The position numbers and the translations under genes are program-made. The notes below the pieces were generated by a model. The model saw only the letters and a list, made by a program, of their open reading frames with translations. It had not been told where the DNA came from and ran no database searches. Shown piece by piece: positions 26,784 to 40,196 of a stretch of DNA of 51,780 nucleotides. The number at the start of each line of letters is the position of its first letter. Within the stretch, counting starts at the first letter, position 1. This DNA is from Bigelowiella natans CCMP2755 (lineage: Eukaryota > Protista > Cercozoa): positions 1 to 51,780 of the forward strand of contig ADNK01000861.1 of NCBI GenBank assembly GCA_000320545.1, read 5' to 3'.

Positions 26784-27780
26784 GTGACGGGGGTATACGA
26801 CGAAAGTTCATTCTCCTTTTCTCACTCAAATGACAATGTCAGGGAAGGGACTTGCTACTGACGATCTTGATAGCATCCATTGCCTTCGGGTAACACCGAT
26901 ATCTTGAATAAAAGCAGGCAGGAAATACCTGAATTGGGCACACAGAACTATACCGACGATAGCCATCTTTATTTCACGAAATGGTGGTGTGCAGGTACTG
27001 GACTTCGTACCTCGACAATAAAGGGAATCGCGAGTGGTCAAACGCATACTACGCAACCGTCTGCGTGGCCGAGCTGCTCATGGGATTAGTAGCGGTAGTC
27101 TTTCGTCTTCTTTCTTTTCCTGTCCAGTCTCTCCTTCTGGCTTCATACGATTGTCATCTAAACAAAAAAGAAGAGGCGAATCGTGAATGCAGGCAACAGT
27201 ACGCTTACGACAATCATTACTATTGCAACTGTCACAACTAACTGCTAATACTACAAAAAACTGCTCTAGTTGGACAGGGTGCGGAGGATATGTGTCAAAA
27301 GCTCATGGATATGCTGCCCTTACCGTAGCTCGAAAGTCTCCTTCCACGGGCAGGGAGAGGTAGGCATCGTAACAACTTTTTATGCACATTTTCGCCTTCC
27401 CTTTTCCTTCCTCTCCCTCCTCGTTCCCTCCACCGAACACTGTCTGCGAATGATATTACGACTCTCACGTTTCCAGGGCCGTTGGCAAAAGAGGCTTATG
27501 ACGTTCACTTTGCTGGTGAGAAGTGTTGTAAAATCCTCGAGGGAGGAGGGGAATTGAAAGGAATTAGTTGGAGAAAGACTTCTTATCACCTTTACTTGGA
27601 TCGTTGTAATGTGTCGTCGCTGCTGTCACCCGCGTTTGACTCTTTGCCGCGGTGCTTGCTCTCTTTCGATTTTCTTTACGTGTAGAGTGTCCCTTTTTGG
27701 CGACTAATGTGGGCCCTATCAAACAACGAGAAGGTCAAGAAAATCCTCGTGTCGTGTTCTCCATATGTTGCTTGATTATG

Positions 27781-27817
<37 letters not shown>

Positions 27818-28112
27818 ATTAAGTCTCAATTCACCGCTTTAATTGAGGGGTGAAGCCTCCCTTTGCTCATATCAACTTGTTATACGTCTATCCTTCCTTG
27901 TTGGAACCATTTATCGTTGAACGACTGACCGACTGTCACTGATCACACGGGCAGGTGCGATTAGTTTACATGGCCTTCACCATGGTACTTTTAATTCATG
28001 TTTGGTTTCGCCTCTCGGGCTATGTAAAGGTCAACCGTCATAAAGTTTGCACCCGTGAATTGTCAGTTGCAATAGATCTTTTTCTGTCTTTTCTCTATCC
28101 TCCCCCCCCCTC

Positions 28113-28155
<43 letters not shown>

Positions 28156-29295
28156 TGACGCTCACCCACTCACTCGCCCACTCACATCTACAACCATTCT
28201 CTTTTTTGCCCACTCTCTTCTCTCCTCTAATCCTCTTTGACTATTTCATCATTTCTATTCTTCCTTCTTCCATCCTCCACGCAGTCCCTTCCCGGAAACT
28301 ACAGCGCGGGCACTTTCTTCGTCCTAGCCAAAGTGCCACTGCAATTCTTCACGGTAAGGGCTCGGATCAGCACGGGGAAAAAAAAAGAGAAACAAGATAA
28401 CGAATATGATGAGGGGGGGGGGGGGAGAACGAGTATTCCCCCGTCCTTGCGATTGTAATTCTCTACTCTAATATCTCTTCTGAGATAGAGGCAGGGTGCT
28501 GTATTGGGTGATTGAATTACTGAAATCAAATCAGGTCTTTGGAGTTGTCCTCATGGGCTTCATCTTCTCCTTCGTCTGCTTGTTCGGCAGCCTACCAGAT
28601 TTTGACAACGTGTACGCGCCAATTATAAGAACCAAGGGGAAGGGAGCGTGGAAAGGCCACAAATAAACAGAGACGAGGGGGGCGGGAGGGGGGGGGTTCT
28701 GCTGCTCAAAAGCGAATCGTTGAGAACTGCGTCTACATCTAATGATCGTCGTCCACGTGGTTGCTTCCTTTCGGCTACTACCATGCCTCCTTCCCTCATT
28801 ATCAGGTACAAGGTGATGACCTGGCTGATCGTGATGGGCGTGGGTCATTTAGAGCCCATAGCTACAGACATAAGAGCTATGGGCCGTGCGGGTAATAATA
28901 AGTACTACCACTGTGATGACGATGATGATGATGATTATTATTATTACCTTTTTAATTACTGAACAACTGACGGACGGGACGCGACTTCCTCTCGGCGTTT
29001 TGCCAGTTGTGCTGTTCCTCCTCTTTCTTCCTTCTGCTGTGTCATCTCGTATAATCATTTCCCCCTTGTTCTCTGCAACAATGTTTGTTAACAGGTGTAA
29101 TAATGGTTATCTTTTACACGTTCACGATGCACTTTCTGCTGCTAACATTCTTCACGGCTCTAATGGACAATAGGTCTCCTATTTCTTTGGTTTCGCAGCA
29201 AGACGTATTGCTGATGATGTCTCCATATGTCTTGCGTGAACGCTATCTTTCCCCTTGAGTTTTGCTATATTCATTTATTATCAGCCTGTCCGTTT

Positions 29296-29349
<54 letters not shown>

Positions 29350-29392
29350 CCGTTCCTTTTTAACCGTTGGGAAAACATTATGCACAACATTC

Positions 29393-29449
<57 letters not shown>

Positions 29450-29457
29450 CATATTGA

Positions 29458-29496
<39 letters not shown>

Positions 29497-30120
29497 AGTA
29501 GGTAGACGAATGTCCATTAACCCTACGTGTTGATATCCTAGTATCTCATCCTTGTCATCCATCAGGTTCAGCGGCGAGCATGAGAAGCAGCGACAAGCAG
29601 CTAACTATGACCAGGCTCGGAGAATACTCAATATCCAAGCACAGCTCACTGACGAAGCCTTCACCAAGATATACATGTCGGACACGACAGGTTGTAGCAT
29701 TGGCGATTGATGAAGTAGCGCTTACTCATTGATTTACGCATTCACTTCCACCATCCACTTCAGATGAGGTCTCATTTGACTTCCAATCGATGGACGAACA
29801 GCAATCCAAGATGCTGTCCTATTTGCACTGGTTCTCTCAGCAATATCAAAAGGAGGTGGGTTCGTGCTCAGATGGTAGAAAGTAAGGGAGGGCTTACGGG
29901 ATTCCTGATTAGCTGTTCCAGAGCGGTGCTCATTTCTCTATCTGCTGAGCACACATCCACGCAATGAGTTTCATTAATGTTGCTTCAGACCAAGAATATT
30001 GAAAGTAGACTGAAGAAAATTAGAGCGAATTTTCGACGTCGGACAAGGAGACCCAGCACTCCTAGAGGACCTACTTCACGCCCACAATCAAGAGACTTGT
30101 TAGCCTCCTCGTCTTTGTAG
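24915..30120 (+). CDS. Ankyrin-repeat TRP-family (TRPV/TRPA-like) cation channel, ~22 exons, ~630 aa
   Basis: Ankyrin repeats: TMLHYAV, GKTALHLAC, CPLHYAAQNAHSEVVRSLLDMGA. Pre-S1: FSHPLVIKLMDIKWNQFG. S4: VLLIHVWFRLSGY. S5: FFTVFGVVLMGFIFSFVCLF. Pore: WLIVMGVGHLE. S6/TRP helix: FLLLTFFTALMDNRF...NYDQARRILNIQ. Exons join in phase to TAG at 30118-30120. The start codon is uncertain. Confidence 0.82.
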
Positions 30121-30179
30121 CTAAACAATTTGACACCCGCACACAAGGTTTACTAGCGACGTCGCTGATTCTGTTTGTA

Positions 30180-31110
30180 TGTAATTTGTCGCTTGTAACA
30201 GTCTCGCCCTGATCCAGACTGCACAACTGCACAATACATTATATGTATATATGTGCTACACTCATTTTCATTGTATGGATGTTAACTTATGCAGGTACGG
30301 AGCTAGCCCTCGCTGCTGCACGTGGGTAATTATTCTTGATTCTTCTCGACTTCCGCCGCTATTGTGAATGCGATCTGTTTAATCTGACGCTGGTCGCACG
30401 CGCAGACTAGGCAAGCGCAGCAATGTGCTGCTTGCTCTCTATTGCCTTCCGGGCATGGAAGACAATTATCACAACAAAAACGAGCAAACACAAGTTAAGC
30501 GCTGTGGCCACTGCTTTGCATATAGCTAAATTAGGATGACCATTGAAAAGAATTAGTTTATTCATTACATCCATTTCATAGACTCAGTCGTACGCTTTAT
30601 GCTATGAATGCATACCAGTTGCCATCATGGATCGATCAGCTTATTACTCTGACCGCAAGCTTTACTTAAATCAAGTGTGTAATGTAGTAAGCTGCGCCGC
30701 GCGTAAAAAGCGACATCACTGTGCACATAACCGCCGCCTTGCTTAGATACATTAGGATGTGTATGTGACTATTGATATTGAAAAATGCATTGATTTCATT
30801 GCATCCGTCTCATAACCACCGGCACCCTACACCCTACCATGGTCTATATAATGGCGTTTACAGTGGCAAACAAGCTTAGTTGTATGTCGCTATAGGCAGC
30901 AATTTGATAGATGGAGGGTTGAAGCCTTCATGCTGTTTGTTTTGCGCCCAGCGTAGCGCGCCCAGTTATAGCACCGTCATGCATCGAGTCGTTCACGCAT
31001 AAACTATTTTAGCATTGTGGGATTTCATGTTGTGGTGCGGTGCGTAGAATAGTTAACATATCAGTTTGCATTGCTGGGTAGGGTATAGCTTACATGCTTA
31101 TTACATGAGC
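30180..31110. other. Intergenic RY/palindrome-rich tract between convergent genes
   Basis: agctagc, gcatatagc, atgcat, gtgcac, aagctt and gcgcgt words between the TRP and ZCCHC17-like 3' ends. Confidence 0.45.
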
Positions 31111-31135
31111 GTACTGAAACTAGAGATACAATACA

Positions 31136-32695
31136 TCAGTTCATTTGGTCTAAAATGGCCGCCGCCCTTTCGGCTATTTTGGAGGCTTCATTATCCCTGG
31201 CGTCGTCCTCACTGTCGCTAGAGTCGCTATCCGAGGACTTCGATTTCTTCTTCTTCTTCTTCTTTTTCTTATCCTTCTTCTTGCTCTTATTCTTTTTCTT
31301 CTTCTTGTCCTTCTCTTTCTTTTTCTTTTTCTTTTTCCTTTTCTCTTGACCTGGTTTTGAAGATCCTGTATGCGTCACTGCCGACCCTCTCACGCGTTGG
31401 TCGCCATCTCCGTTCTCCGGCTTGCTGTCAGCTTCTTCCTCGATGAGATCGTACTTCTTTCCTGTGTAGCATTGGGACGGAAGATGGCCGTGTCCCCCAC
31501 ATTTGGAGCACGTGACATTGTAAATGGCCCCGAGTTCTATGCGTTTGTTATCGTTGCTGCCACCCGAGTAGCGTGCTCTGTTTTGAAGTTCTTCTGCCTC
31601 GATGTTCTGCCTGTCTAGGTCCTCGCCGTCATCCTGAGATACCAGCTTCATGGATAGGCTCAGCTTCTTCTTCCCCTCTTTGTTGGGGTCGTCCTCACAG
31701 GCCACTACTTTGCACCAGACACGATCACCCACGCTGACGACATCGGCCGGGTTGTCGACCTTCCATTTGGCCATCTGTGATATATGAACCAAACCGTGCG
31801 AGTAGAAACCGTCGAGCTTCACGAATGCCCCGAAGTCGCGTATGGACACTACGTTGCCTTGGTGAACGGTGAATAAATTTGGGTACTTGTCCGGATTTTC
31901 AGCACCCATTCTTGTGTGCTGATTTGAAGGATTTAGATCGCGGCCATTTTCTTGCGACACATCTTTGAGGGACAGCCCTATCTTTGTCTTTCCATTTGGA
32001 GTGGGCTCGATCTTCACCACCTTCACGAACACTTCCTCCCCCACCTGCAATACCTCGTCCGCTTCTTCTACATGTCGATTACTAAGCTGGGATATATGTA
32101 TGAGCCCATTTGTTCTGAACCCTTCCATCTCAACGAACGCTCCAAACTTCTTGATATCCACAACAACACCTCTCTGGACGCTGTTCAAATCCGGGAGCTT
32201 TTCTTCTACTTGTCGGTAACGATTATGATTCCGATTGGTGGATCTATTATCCCTGAAACCTCCGTTCCTGTCCGTCCCGCCCCCCCCTCCCCTGATCATC
32301 CGGAGTCGGTCGGGGTGCATTCCTGCTGTACTATCACCCGTCCCCTCCTCACCCCCCTCCTTTTCACGAGATTGGCGCCGGTCACCCCAACGTGATTTTC
32401 GCCTACTTGACCTATTATCATCGCCACCATGGTCGCCATCACCTCGATCCGCACTTCCTCGATGACGCACTCGCTCGCTTCGACTGCGGCTGCGACTGCG
32501 GCCGTGGCTGCGGCGGCGGTGACGATTGCCTCGCCTACGGCTGCGACTGCGACTTCGACTGCGACCGCGATGCCGATCGTCTCGGCGTGTGCCACGACCA
32601 CGACTTCGGTCTTCGTCTTCGCTGTCGGACTCTCTACTACGACCTCCCCTCCGTCTGCGGGGAGGAGGCGAGGAGGAGGGTGATGAGGGAGCCAT
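31136..32695 (-). CDS. ZCCHC17: ZCCHC17/pNO40-like nucleolar RNA-binding protein: RS-rich N-terminus, two S1 domains, CCHC knuckle, Lys-rich tail
   Basis: Single 519-aa ORF. S1 motifs FGAFVEMEGFRTNGLIHISQL and FGAFVKLDGFYSHGLVHISQM; LSLSMKLVSQDDGEDLD; RIELGAIYNVTCSKCGGHGHLPSQC; poly-K followed by SSDSDSSD. Confidence 0.85.
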   Translation of the reverse strand: MAPSSPSSSPPPRRRRGGRSRESDSEDEDRSRGRGTRRDDRHRGRSRSRSRSRRRGNRHRRRSHGRSRSRSRSERVRHRGSADRGDGDHGGDDNRSSRRKSRWGDRRQSREKEGGEEGTGDSTAGMHPDRLRMIRGGGGGTDRNGGFRDNRSTNRNHNRYRQVEEKLPDLNSVQRGVVVDIKKFGAFVEMEGFRTNGLIHISQLSNRHVEEADEVLQVGEEVFVKVVKIEPTPNGKTKIGLSLKDVSQENGRDLNPSNQHTRMGAENPDKYPNLFTVHQGNVVSIRDFGAFVKLDGFYSHGLVHISQMAKWKVDNPADVVSVGDRVWCKVVACEDDPNKEGKKKLSLSMKLVSQDDGEDLDRQNIEAEELQNRARYSGGSNDNKRIELGAIYNVTCSKCGGHGHLPSQCYTGKKYDLIEEEADSKPENGDGDQRVRGSAVTHTGSSKPGQEKRKKKKKKKEKDKKKKKNKSKKKDKKKKKKKKKSKSSDSDSSDSEDDARDNEASKIAERAAAILDQMN

Positions 32696-33139
32696 CCAAA
32701 AAGTGAATTACGACCTGAGGGCATATTTGTCATAGCGACAACAGAAAAATGATGTCTCTCAGATGGAACAGCCAATCGTTGCAATCAAAGCGACAACAAC
32801 ACAACTCATGAGCTTGTGGTGATCTGAACAGAGTGACAGTTATTCCAGACCACATTTGCGTCATTTCCCAGTCATTTTGACTTACAAAACGAGACTTTTT
32901 TTGTCGCAGGACAAGGACGAACACCACTCTGCTGCAAACGAAATTGACTACGAGTGCGCTTCGGAAGATTCAATGCAACATTCGCTTCACTGATGATCCG
33001 TTCGCTCCAACGGAATCCTTTCTTTCTTTCATTCATCGCATGTCAATTGATCACTTGTTCGCTAGAAACCTTCCGTTGTTAAGGTTCGCTGAGCGGTCAG
33101 CAATTGCGGAACAATCCGAACTGCGTGACAGATCCTGCA

Positions 33140-33570
33140 CAGCGTGAACAGTGTGACCAAATGCATGTCATCTAGTGTCATTCGAGCGCAAGCATGTGAT
33201 CGCCATCACACAGGCCATCAATGTTGCGTTGGACGCGCACTACAGCTAGATGCAGTTTGTCATTGGTTGTGCATCACATCATCATTGCGGCGGAATGAAT
33301 GCAATGATGCTCTGGTGCTGTGAATCTTGTGCAAAGAAGCATCCTGCGTTTAGAGTCTCATGCAAACCATTCATGTGCTGTGCACAAAATTTGAATGTTT
33401 TTTAATCGCAATTGCATATTTCTAAGCCTATCTAGCTATGTGCAGTAGCACATGCATGACGCATGAGATTTTTCAAGTCAAGATCAATCATGCCAACGTG
33501 AGAGTCTCGCCATGTGATCTAGCAAAGCTCCACATTTCATTCGTATCTGCGCTAACTTTGTCTGCTAGTT
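33140..33570. other. Intergenic CATG/TGCA/CTAG-rich tract downstream of CFAP119
   Basis: atgcatgtc, gcatgtg, cagctag, tatctagctatg, gcacatgcatgacgcatg. Confidence 0.5.
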
Positions 33571-33574
33571 AGTT

Positions 33575-35197
33575 TCATTCTGTTGTACTTTTATCTAATT
33601 CCTTTGTCTCTTCACTAGCTGTCTCTTCACTAGCTGTCTCTCCACTAGCTGTCTGCCTGTTCGCGACCAACTTCGCAACTCTGACACCGAAAAAAAAGGG
33701 AATATTTGAATGCGGCAAGTGAGCACTCAATGTACTCTACGACGGAGATCAGAAGAAAAAGGCAAATCTATGCGAACGAATGTACTTATTCGTATGAGCG
33801 TATGGTAATTGACCTATCTTCGAATGAGTTTTGGAGTAGCTGCAACTTTTGCTCGTAGTGTCGCTGGATGAGCCCGGTGAACTCTGAAGCAGGAATGGTG
33901 AAAATGCATACAACCCCAATTGAGTCACGTATATGTATATGGTAGGTTGTGGTTCATGTGTGCCTTTGTTCAGCTTCCACCTTTTGAAAGTGCATCAAAC
34001 TCTTCCTTCTCCTCCTCGTTCAACTAATAACCGCGACAACAACTATTAGAAACGTGTTTGCCGACAACGAGTGTGATAACTTTCTGCAGGAAAAGATATT
34101 ATCCATGACTCATACTACTATCGAACACTCTGGCATTCATATATCTGTTCCTTAAGGTAGGATAGAGATGGGGAAGGGGAGAGGGAAGGAGAGCACGTTA
34201 TTTTACTTATCATACCTCCTTTTTAAATTCATCGTCCTCGCCTACTTCTTCGCTTGAAGCTTCGCCAAGCTGCATTGAAATTCATAGAGTATATGTATAA
34301 CGCAGACAGATTTATACATGTTCAATGCCAAAATATTACCTCATCCTCACCGCCCACCGCGATGATTTCCTCCTCTTCGTCTTTCTGTTCAGTATAAGTA
34401 CAAGTACACTCAGGGAAGGTTTGGAAGCATATCATAGAAAACCATAGTAAATTATTGTATATTATGAAAGCGCCGAGAACCAGCACGTACCACCGTTACT
34501 ATCACTGTTATTATTTTCGGTAGCGATCTAACACAGACGTATTTTGACGATATTTCCACCTTGGAATCAACGCCTTGCTCCTCTGTGTTGCCTTTCGTCG
34601 CCTCCTCTTTCTTCTCGTCGCTAATTTCCAGTTCCATTGTCTGAAAGAAATTACACAAATGATACACGGAAAAATTTGCCAAGGGACTTTTACTCGTATT
34701 TTAATAGCGAAATGAGTTACCTGTCCGTGCACGAACTGGTACAATTTATGGTTTCGGAACATTCTGAACGTGCAAGCAAGACTTATAATCCCAGACAGGG
34801 CAAACAAGAACTAGAGGGTGGGAAAGCGTCTAGTGAAAAGATTGTTAGTAGCCGAAGTCAGCACTGAGTACACATTCGTGTGTTTATGTGTATCTACATC
34901 TCGATCATGTGGTGCACGATAGCCTTTACGTCCGCAGGATGGAAAACTAATGGGAAACAGGGCGAATTTTAATGTCGTGTTAAACTAACACGATGAGAAT
35001 CTCTTATATCACAACGACCAACAGAGTCCATAAGTTGCTAGATTTTATTTTGGTAATTTGTTCGTGGTAATACCTGCAATACTAAAGGGCGGTCTTTCTA
35101 CACTATGTCTAAGAAGCATCGCTTTAAAGCCATCGAAACACTCGCGCATGGACGGAAGAGGCGATTCTATTTACATACAAGAACGCACTGAACTTAG

Positions 35198-35237
<40 letters not shown>

Positions 35238-35981
35238 CACGAGACACACAACACAATATTAATAACATCGATTTTTCTCCTTCAAGTTACCAGTCATCTT
35301 TTCGTGAGTAACCAGGACTATGGACATTAGAGTCGATAGTTTCTCTGCATTCATGCTGCGTTTGTGGCAGAACCTAATGGCGCACAAAAATAGCGAGTGA
35401 GATTAATGAGAGCACACAGAACTTCTGAGGTGCGATTTAGCGAAATATCAGGAACTGTATAGGTGCTCGAGAAATTGCTATTCAAATGCGGACAGCACAC
35501 AACGATCTACCTTAGCACATTCATAAAGAGCTCCACTAGAGCCTTCCGTCTTAATTCATCATCAGAGTTCGCATATTTATCATTAATTCCTGACAACAGC
35601 AACGAAAGCCATCAGATGGAACTCAGAGATATATCGAAATAATTCAAATGTCTAGACACTCATCTTTTAAAGAATAGTAAAACCTAATTTTGAGGCCAGC
35701 AACTTCCTGACAACAGGAACCCAAAACACAAAAGGGAGAATACTTCTCATTATCATGTTCAAATTTGACAAACCACTTTACGACCAATATCATACATATT
35801 GATGAATCTTAGTGAATGAAATAGCATGTTCTCCCCACCCTTGATCGTCGCGGCTTGATATGTGGAAGAGAGTGCTCACATCGGTCCGAGACAGGTGTTC
35901 CCAAATTAGAAACTTAACGGGAGTATTTTTTGCTGGGTTCTTTGAGGGAACAGTTCCCTCGGTACTTTTTTTATCCGGCAT
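33575..35981 (-). CDS. CFAP119: CFAP119/CCDC189 (CLAMP / flagellar central-pair C1a-32 family) with acidic C-terminal region
   Basis: Spliced motifs: FLIWEHLSRTDV; ALVELFMNVLRFCHKRSMNAEKLSTLMSIVLVTH; CFDGFKAMLLRHSVERPPFSIAVFHPADVKAIVHHM; MFRNHKLYQFV. Then Glu-rich exons and ETASEETASEE (15-bp x3). An additional upstream exon is possible. Confidence 0.8.
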
Positions 35982-36735
35982 CGATCCCTGAAGATGTCAA
36001 TGAGACAATTAGTTCTATTTGATTTGGGACGAGCGTTTCAGCCATTTTCCTAATAAACTATTGTCTAACTTGCGAAGGTCTTTCTATGTTCGTGAGATTT
36101 TTCTTCCAAATATATCTCCTTGATAGCTTTCCTTTGATTTCTCTTCTCCTACCCCCCCCTCCACCCCTTCCCTGGTGATTTAGACTTCGTACAACGTGTC
36201 GGTTTTGGTTTTTCGTTCGAAACGTGTTTCAACCGGCATTGTTTCAGTTTCAAAGAATCACTAAAACGCCCTGCATTCAATGTCTATGTCAACGGATGTA
36301 AATTGTCGCAGGGGAAAGTGGGAACCCATTGGGATGTTTTTTGTATCGGTGTCCATACACCAAGGACGACATCCCGTCATCCAAGTCGTATCTATATTTT
36401 GGTGGTTTTAAGAATAAAGAAGAAATTTGTCGGATGTACTACTGTAGAAGGGAGGGCTGTTGTTTCCGGCGCTTGAAGATCATATCCAAGAACTGATCTG
36501 AGAGATTTGTATCCTATTATACCTAATATATCTAATAGGTTTTGACCTAAAATACACTGATCCTTATCCCATTACAAGCACGAAGCCCTCCCCCCCCCCA
36601 CCAGCGATTGGACAATTGGTTGGTCTAACCTCCCCATTTCATCGACCAACCCTCCTTTCTCGCGGCTGTTAATCCAAAATTTTGTTATTATTGTGTTCGA
36701 AAATTACCGCACAAAGTCTTGGATCCGGAGGGAGG

Positions 36736-38518
36736 ATGCCGTCCGTCGTTGGCGGCGAGCGCACAAGGAGGGCGCAGCTAATCTGCCTTACCGGCAACGT
36801 TTGCCTGTGCCTGGTCACGTTGTTGGTAAGAACTCCGCGTACACCATTACTATCGCAGAGACGCAGCTGTGCTCTAAGATCCTGCTCACATGGACCTCCC
36901 AAGACGAACACCCGTCACTGGTACGTGATGATACTCTTTTTGACTACGAAATCAGAATCCTCCGACTGATTATTGCGATCACGCAGGAGCTCATCGCTTT
37001 GGAAATGGAGGGGTGGGGCGAGCAAGGGTAACGACCCCGTAAGAACGCAACGTGCCGTCGAAGAGCTCATCCCATGCTTCGAGAACATGGACCCCTCTGC
37101 ACATGTACAATTTAATGTGTATATATATACAAGTACTATTTGTGTGTCTGTGCGTGTGTGGGAAAGGGAGGGAGGACTTCGTGTAAGAAAACGTGTGCCC
37201 TGAATGCATAAATGTCTCTAAATGCAACTTAGATTTAATATCAGCATCTCGCAACGGACACTCACTTGCGGCCTTTTGTTGTGATTAAAGAAGGTTCACT
37301 CCGCTCATAGAGCACCAGGAGCAGCACCACTACCCCATCACGGCAGTGGTAACAACGCTAAGAATACAGGCGCTGGTGAAAGCCGAAATGCAGATGAAGA
37401 TGGTGTGACTAACAGCACACATGTGCATGGCCGTCTACGTCATGAATGGGACAAATGGACGAAAGTGCCCTTTCCAGAGGGCAAGGGGAGTGAGGAAGCG
37501 AACGCGATGCATCGCAACATGTAAACGACCCAAAATAATATCCCCATGATACGTTGCTTGTAATGATCCACCGAACATTAACAACCATCCACAGAAGCCA
37601 GATGCTCTTCAACAAGACGGTGCAAGCTGAGACGTGGACGGATAGGGCAACGAAGGGAGAACCGAAGGCCATGATGCAGACTGCATTGTAAGAAGAAGAA
37701 GAACAAATTTATGAGTTTCGACGGGGATCCTGATGGGGGAGAGTTACAATGGTGTGTGTGTGGTTGGGGGGGGGGGGGGTAGGGGAAGATGGAGACAGAC
37801 AAACGGAAAAGCATTGCCGTAACTTTACCGATCATCTCGCCAGACGCTACATCACAGGAATTGGGGTCGAGCAAGATTTCCAGAAAGCAGAGTGCGTATG
37901 TAGAAGTAGTATTCGTATCGCTAGTAGTAGCAGTAGTGGTAGCAGGAGGAGGAGGAGGAAGAGTAGTAGTAGGAGGAGGAGGAGGAGGAGGAGGAGGAAG
38001 AGAAGAATAGTGCCCAGCAGATGATATTATTCGATAGAGTACATTCAGATGGCTATGTGTTTTGTGGCTTTGTTGCCAGGCAATGGGTCCGAGCCGCAGC
38101 AGATAAAGTGCGATGCCATAATTCTTCTTCTCTTTTTTTATGATGGTCTAGGGAGGGAGAGGGAGAGAGGATTAGATGGGGAGCAGACATCATGTTTGTT
38201 TTCGATGTTTTGTATTCACGTGGAATGCTCTTTGTGCTCAATGGATGGATGCCTTGCGTCATTCTCCCCCTTTCCTTCATCATCATCATCATCTTCTTCT
38301 TCTTCTTCTTCTTCTTAGTGTTATTATCATTATTATTAATACTAATATAATTATTATTATTATTACTAATCTGTTCAGGGCTCCTTTCAAGCCATGCAGA
38401 TGATAGGCGAGTGGTGCGTGAGGACGACAGCTCGAATTGTCACATCATCTTCCCAAGCAATTCCATGACCAAACCACGATCACCGTGGCGAAATCATAAG
38501 ACACATTCGTGCGTGTAT

Positions 38519-38556
<38 letters not shown>

Positions 38557-38835
38557 TCTGTGCCTGTCTCTGTCTCTCTCCCTCATACACCCACGCACAT
38601 GCAATCTGTTAGGTATTTGAACGGGACCGGGCCTTATCGTGCAGACGCGGAGGCAGCGGTGATTAGTGATTGATTCCACGAACGTTGTTCTTCCATTGCC
38701 GTGAGCTCATGCGTTGACGTGGATGCGGATCAGGTACACTGGCTTGACAAAGCGGCCGATGCAGGCTCTACATCTGCCATGTATTCTCTTGGCATTTTGT
38801 TTATGCAAGGCAACAAGTAAGAAGCAGTCAGAGAA

Positions 38836-38866
<31 letters not shown>

Positions 38867-39160
38867 GTATACTATTTCATATCATTTAGTTTTGTATTAT
38901 TCAAGATTCTACAACACCCCCATCGTCACCACCTTCTCCATCAACCTCCTCCTCTCCTCCCCACATCGCTGTTGCAGCTGCATATCGAATCGATCACGCT
39001 GTATAATAAAAAGTGCCAAATTAGGGTATCCACTGACCTCAAACGTGCCGTGAATTACTGGGCACGAGCAGCGAATGAGGGGCATGCTGCTGCAACCTAT
39101 AACTACGCAACGATGTGTCTTTCAGGGACAGGTGTGTGTGTGTGTGTGTGTGTGTGCGTG

Positions 39161-39203
<43 letters not shown>

Positions 39204-39451
39204 ACTCGGTTGATATTTATTCTCTCAAGGCAGCAGCGACGGCCTATTCTTGAGAAGAAAGAGAGGGGGCACAACAATGACGATGATGATGATGATGATG
39301 ATGCGGGACAGCAATGTTAATGAGTTTGCTGCTCATATATGTGCAACTGCTTTCTTTGGTGTTGTTATGCTGCACGAGGAGAGTGTCGTTGCACTTTTTC
39401 TTTGTGAGATGAAGGTCTAACACCAATTGATATATGTGAATGTATTTGTAA

Positions 39452-39488
<37 letters not shown>

Positions 39489-39641
39489 GCCTCGCACTGT
39501 AATAGGGGTCCCCACAAATCATGCTCTCGCCCTCGAGTTGTTTGAGACAGCGGCAGAAGCAGGAGCCATTCTGGATGCTGGGTGCGCTCTATTTCCTACC
39601 CACAAGCTACACCCACAACACACCTATCACCTGGGAAAATC

Positions 39642-39698
<57 letters not shown>

Positions 39699-39926
39699 AG
39701 TGTGTGTAAAGTGTTCGTGTGAAAGATCCCAGCATTCTTCACACGTCTAGCAACTCTAAAAAATACCCAAAATAGTGGTTGGGAAACGTACTTCTGCAAC
39801 AGCTATTATTGACCGAACGAATACGTTGTAGGTACAACGCCGGACTCATGTACATCCTGGGGAATGGGGTAGAGAAGGACTACTCCAAGGGCTTGAAATG
39901 GCTCAGGTGAGATTGCACATTCCTTG

Positions 39927-39969
<43 letters not shown>

Positions 39970-40084
39970 ATGAAGGTGGAATCAACCGCCCATTGCTTAC
40001 CGCAAACTGTCAAATAAGGTGGGCAGCGGATCGTCTGCAGCCTGATGCCGAATTGCAGCTGGGAACGATGTATGCGAGGGGCCA

Positions 40085-40124
<40 letters not shown>

Positions 40125-40165
40125 ATCTTCACTATTTTCTTCAAGCATTATTATTAATGGTGTCG

Positions 40166-40196
<31 letters not shown>

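Noticed and set aside
33606-33655. 15-bp triple repeat containing CTAGCT as part of the intergenic tract
   Set aside because: It lies in the last CFAP119 exon and encodes TASGE/TASEE repeats.
37470-38830. Possible GC-AG introns in the Sel1 gene
   Set aside because: Canonical GT donors a few bases downstream (ga|gtgagg, aa|gtaaga) give the correct phase.
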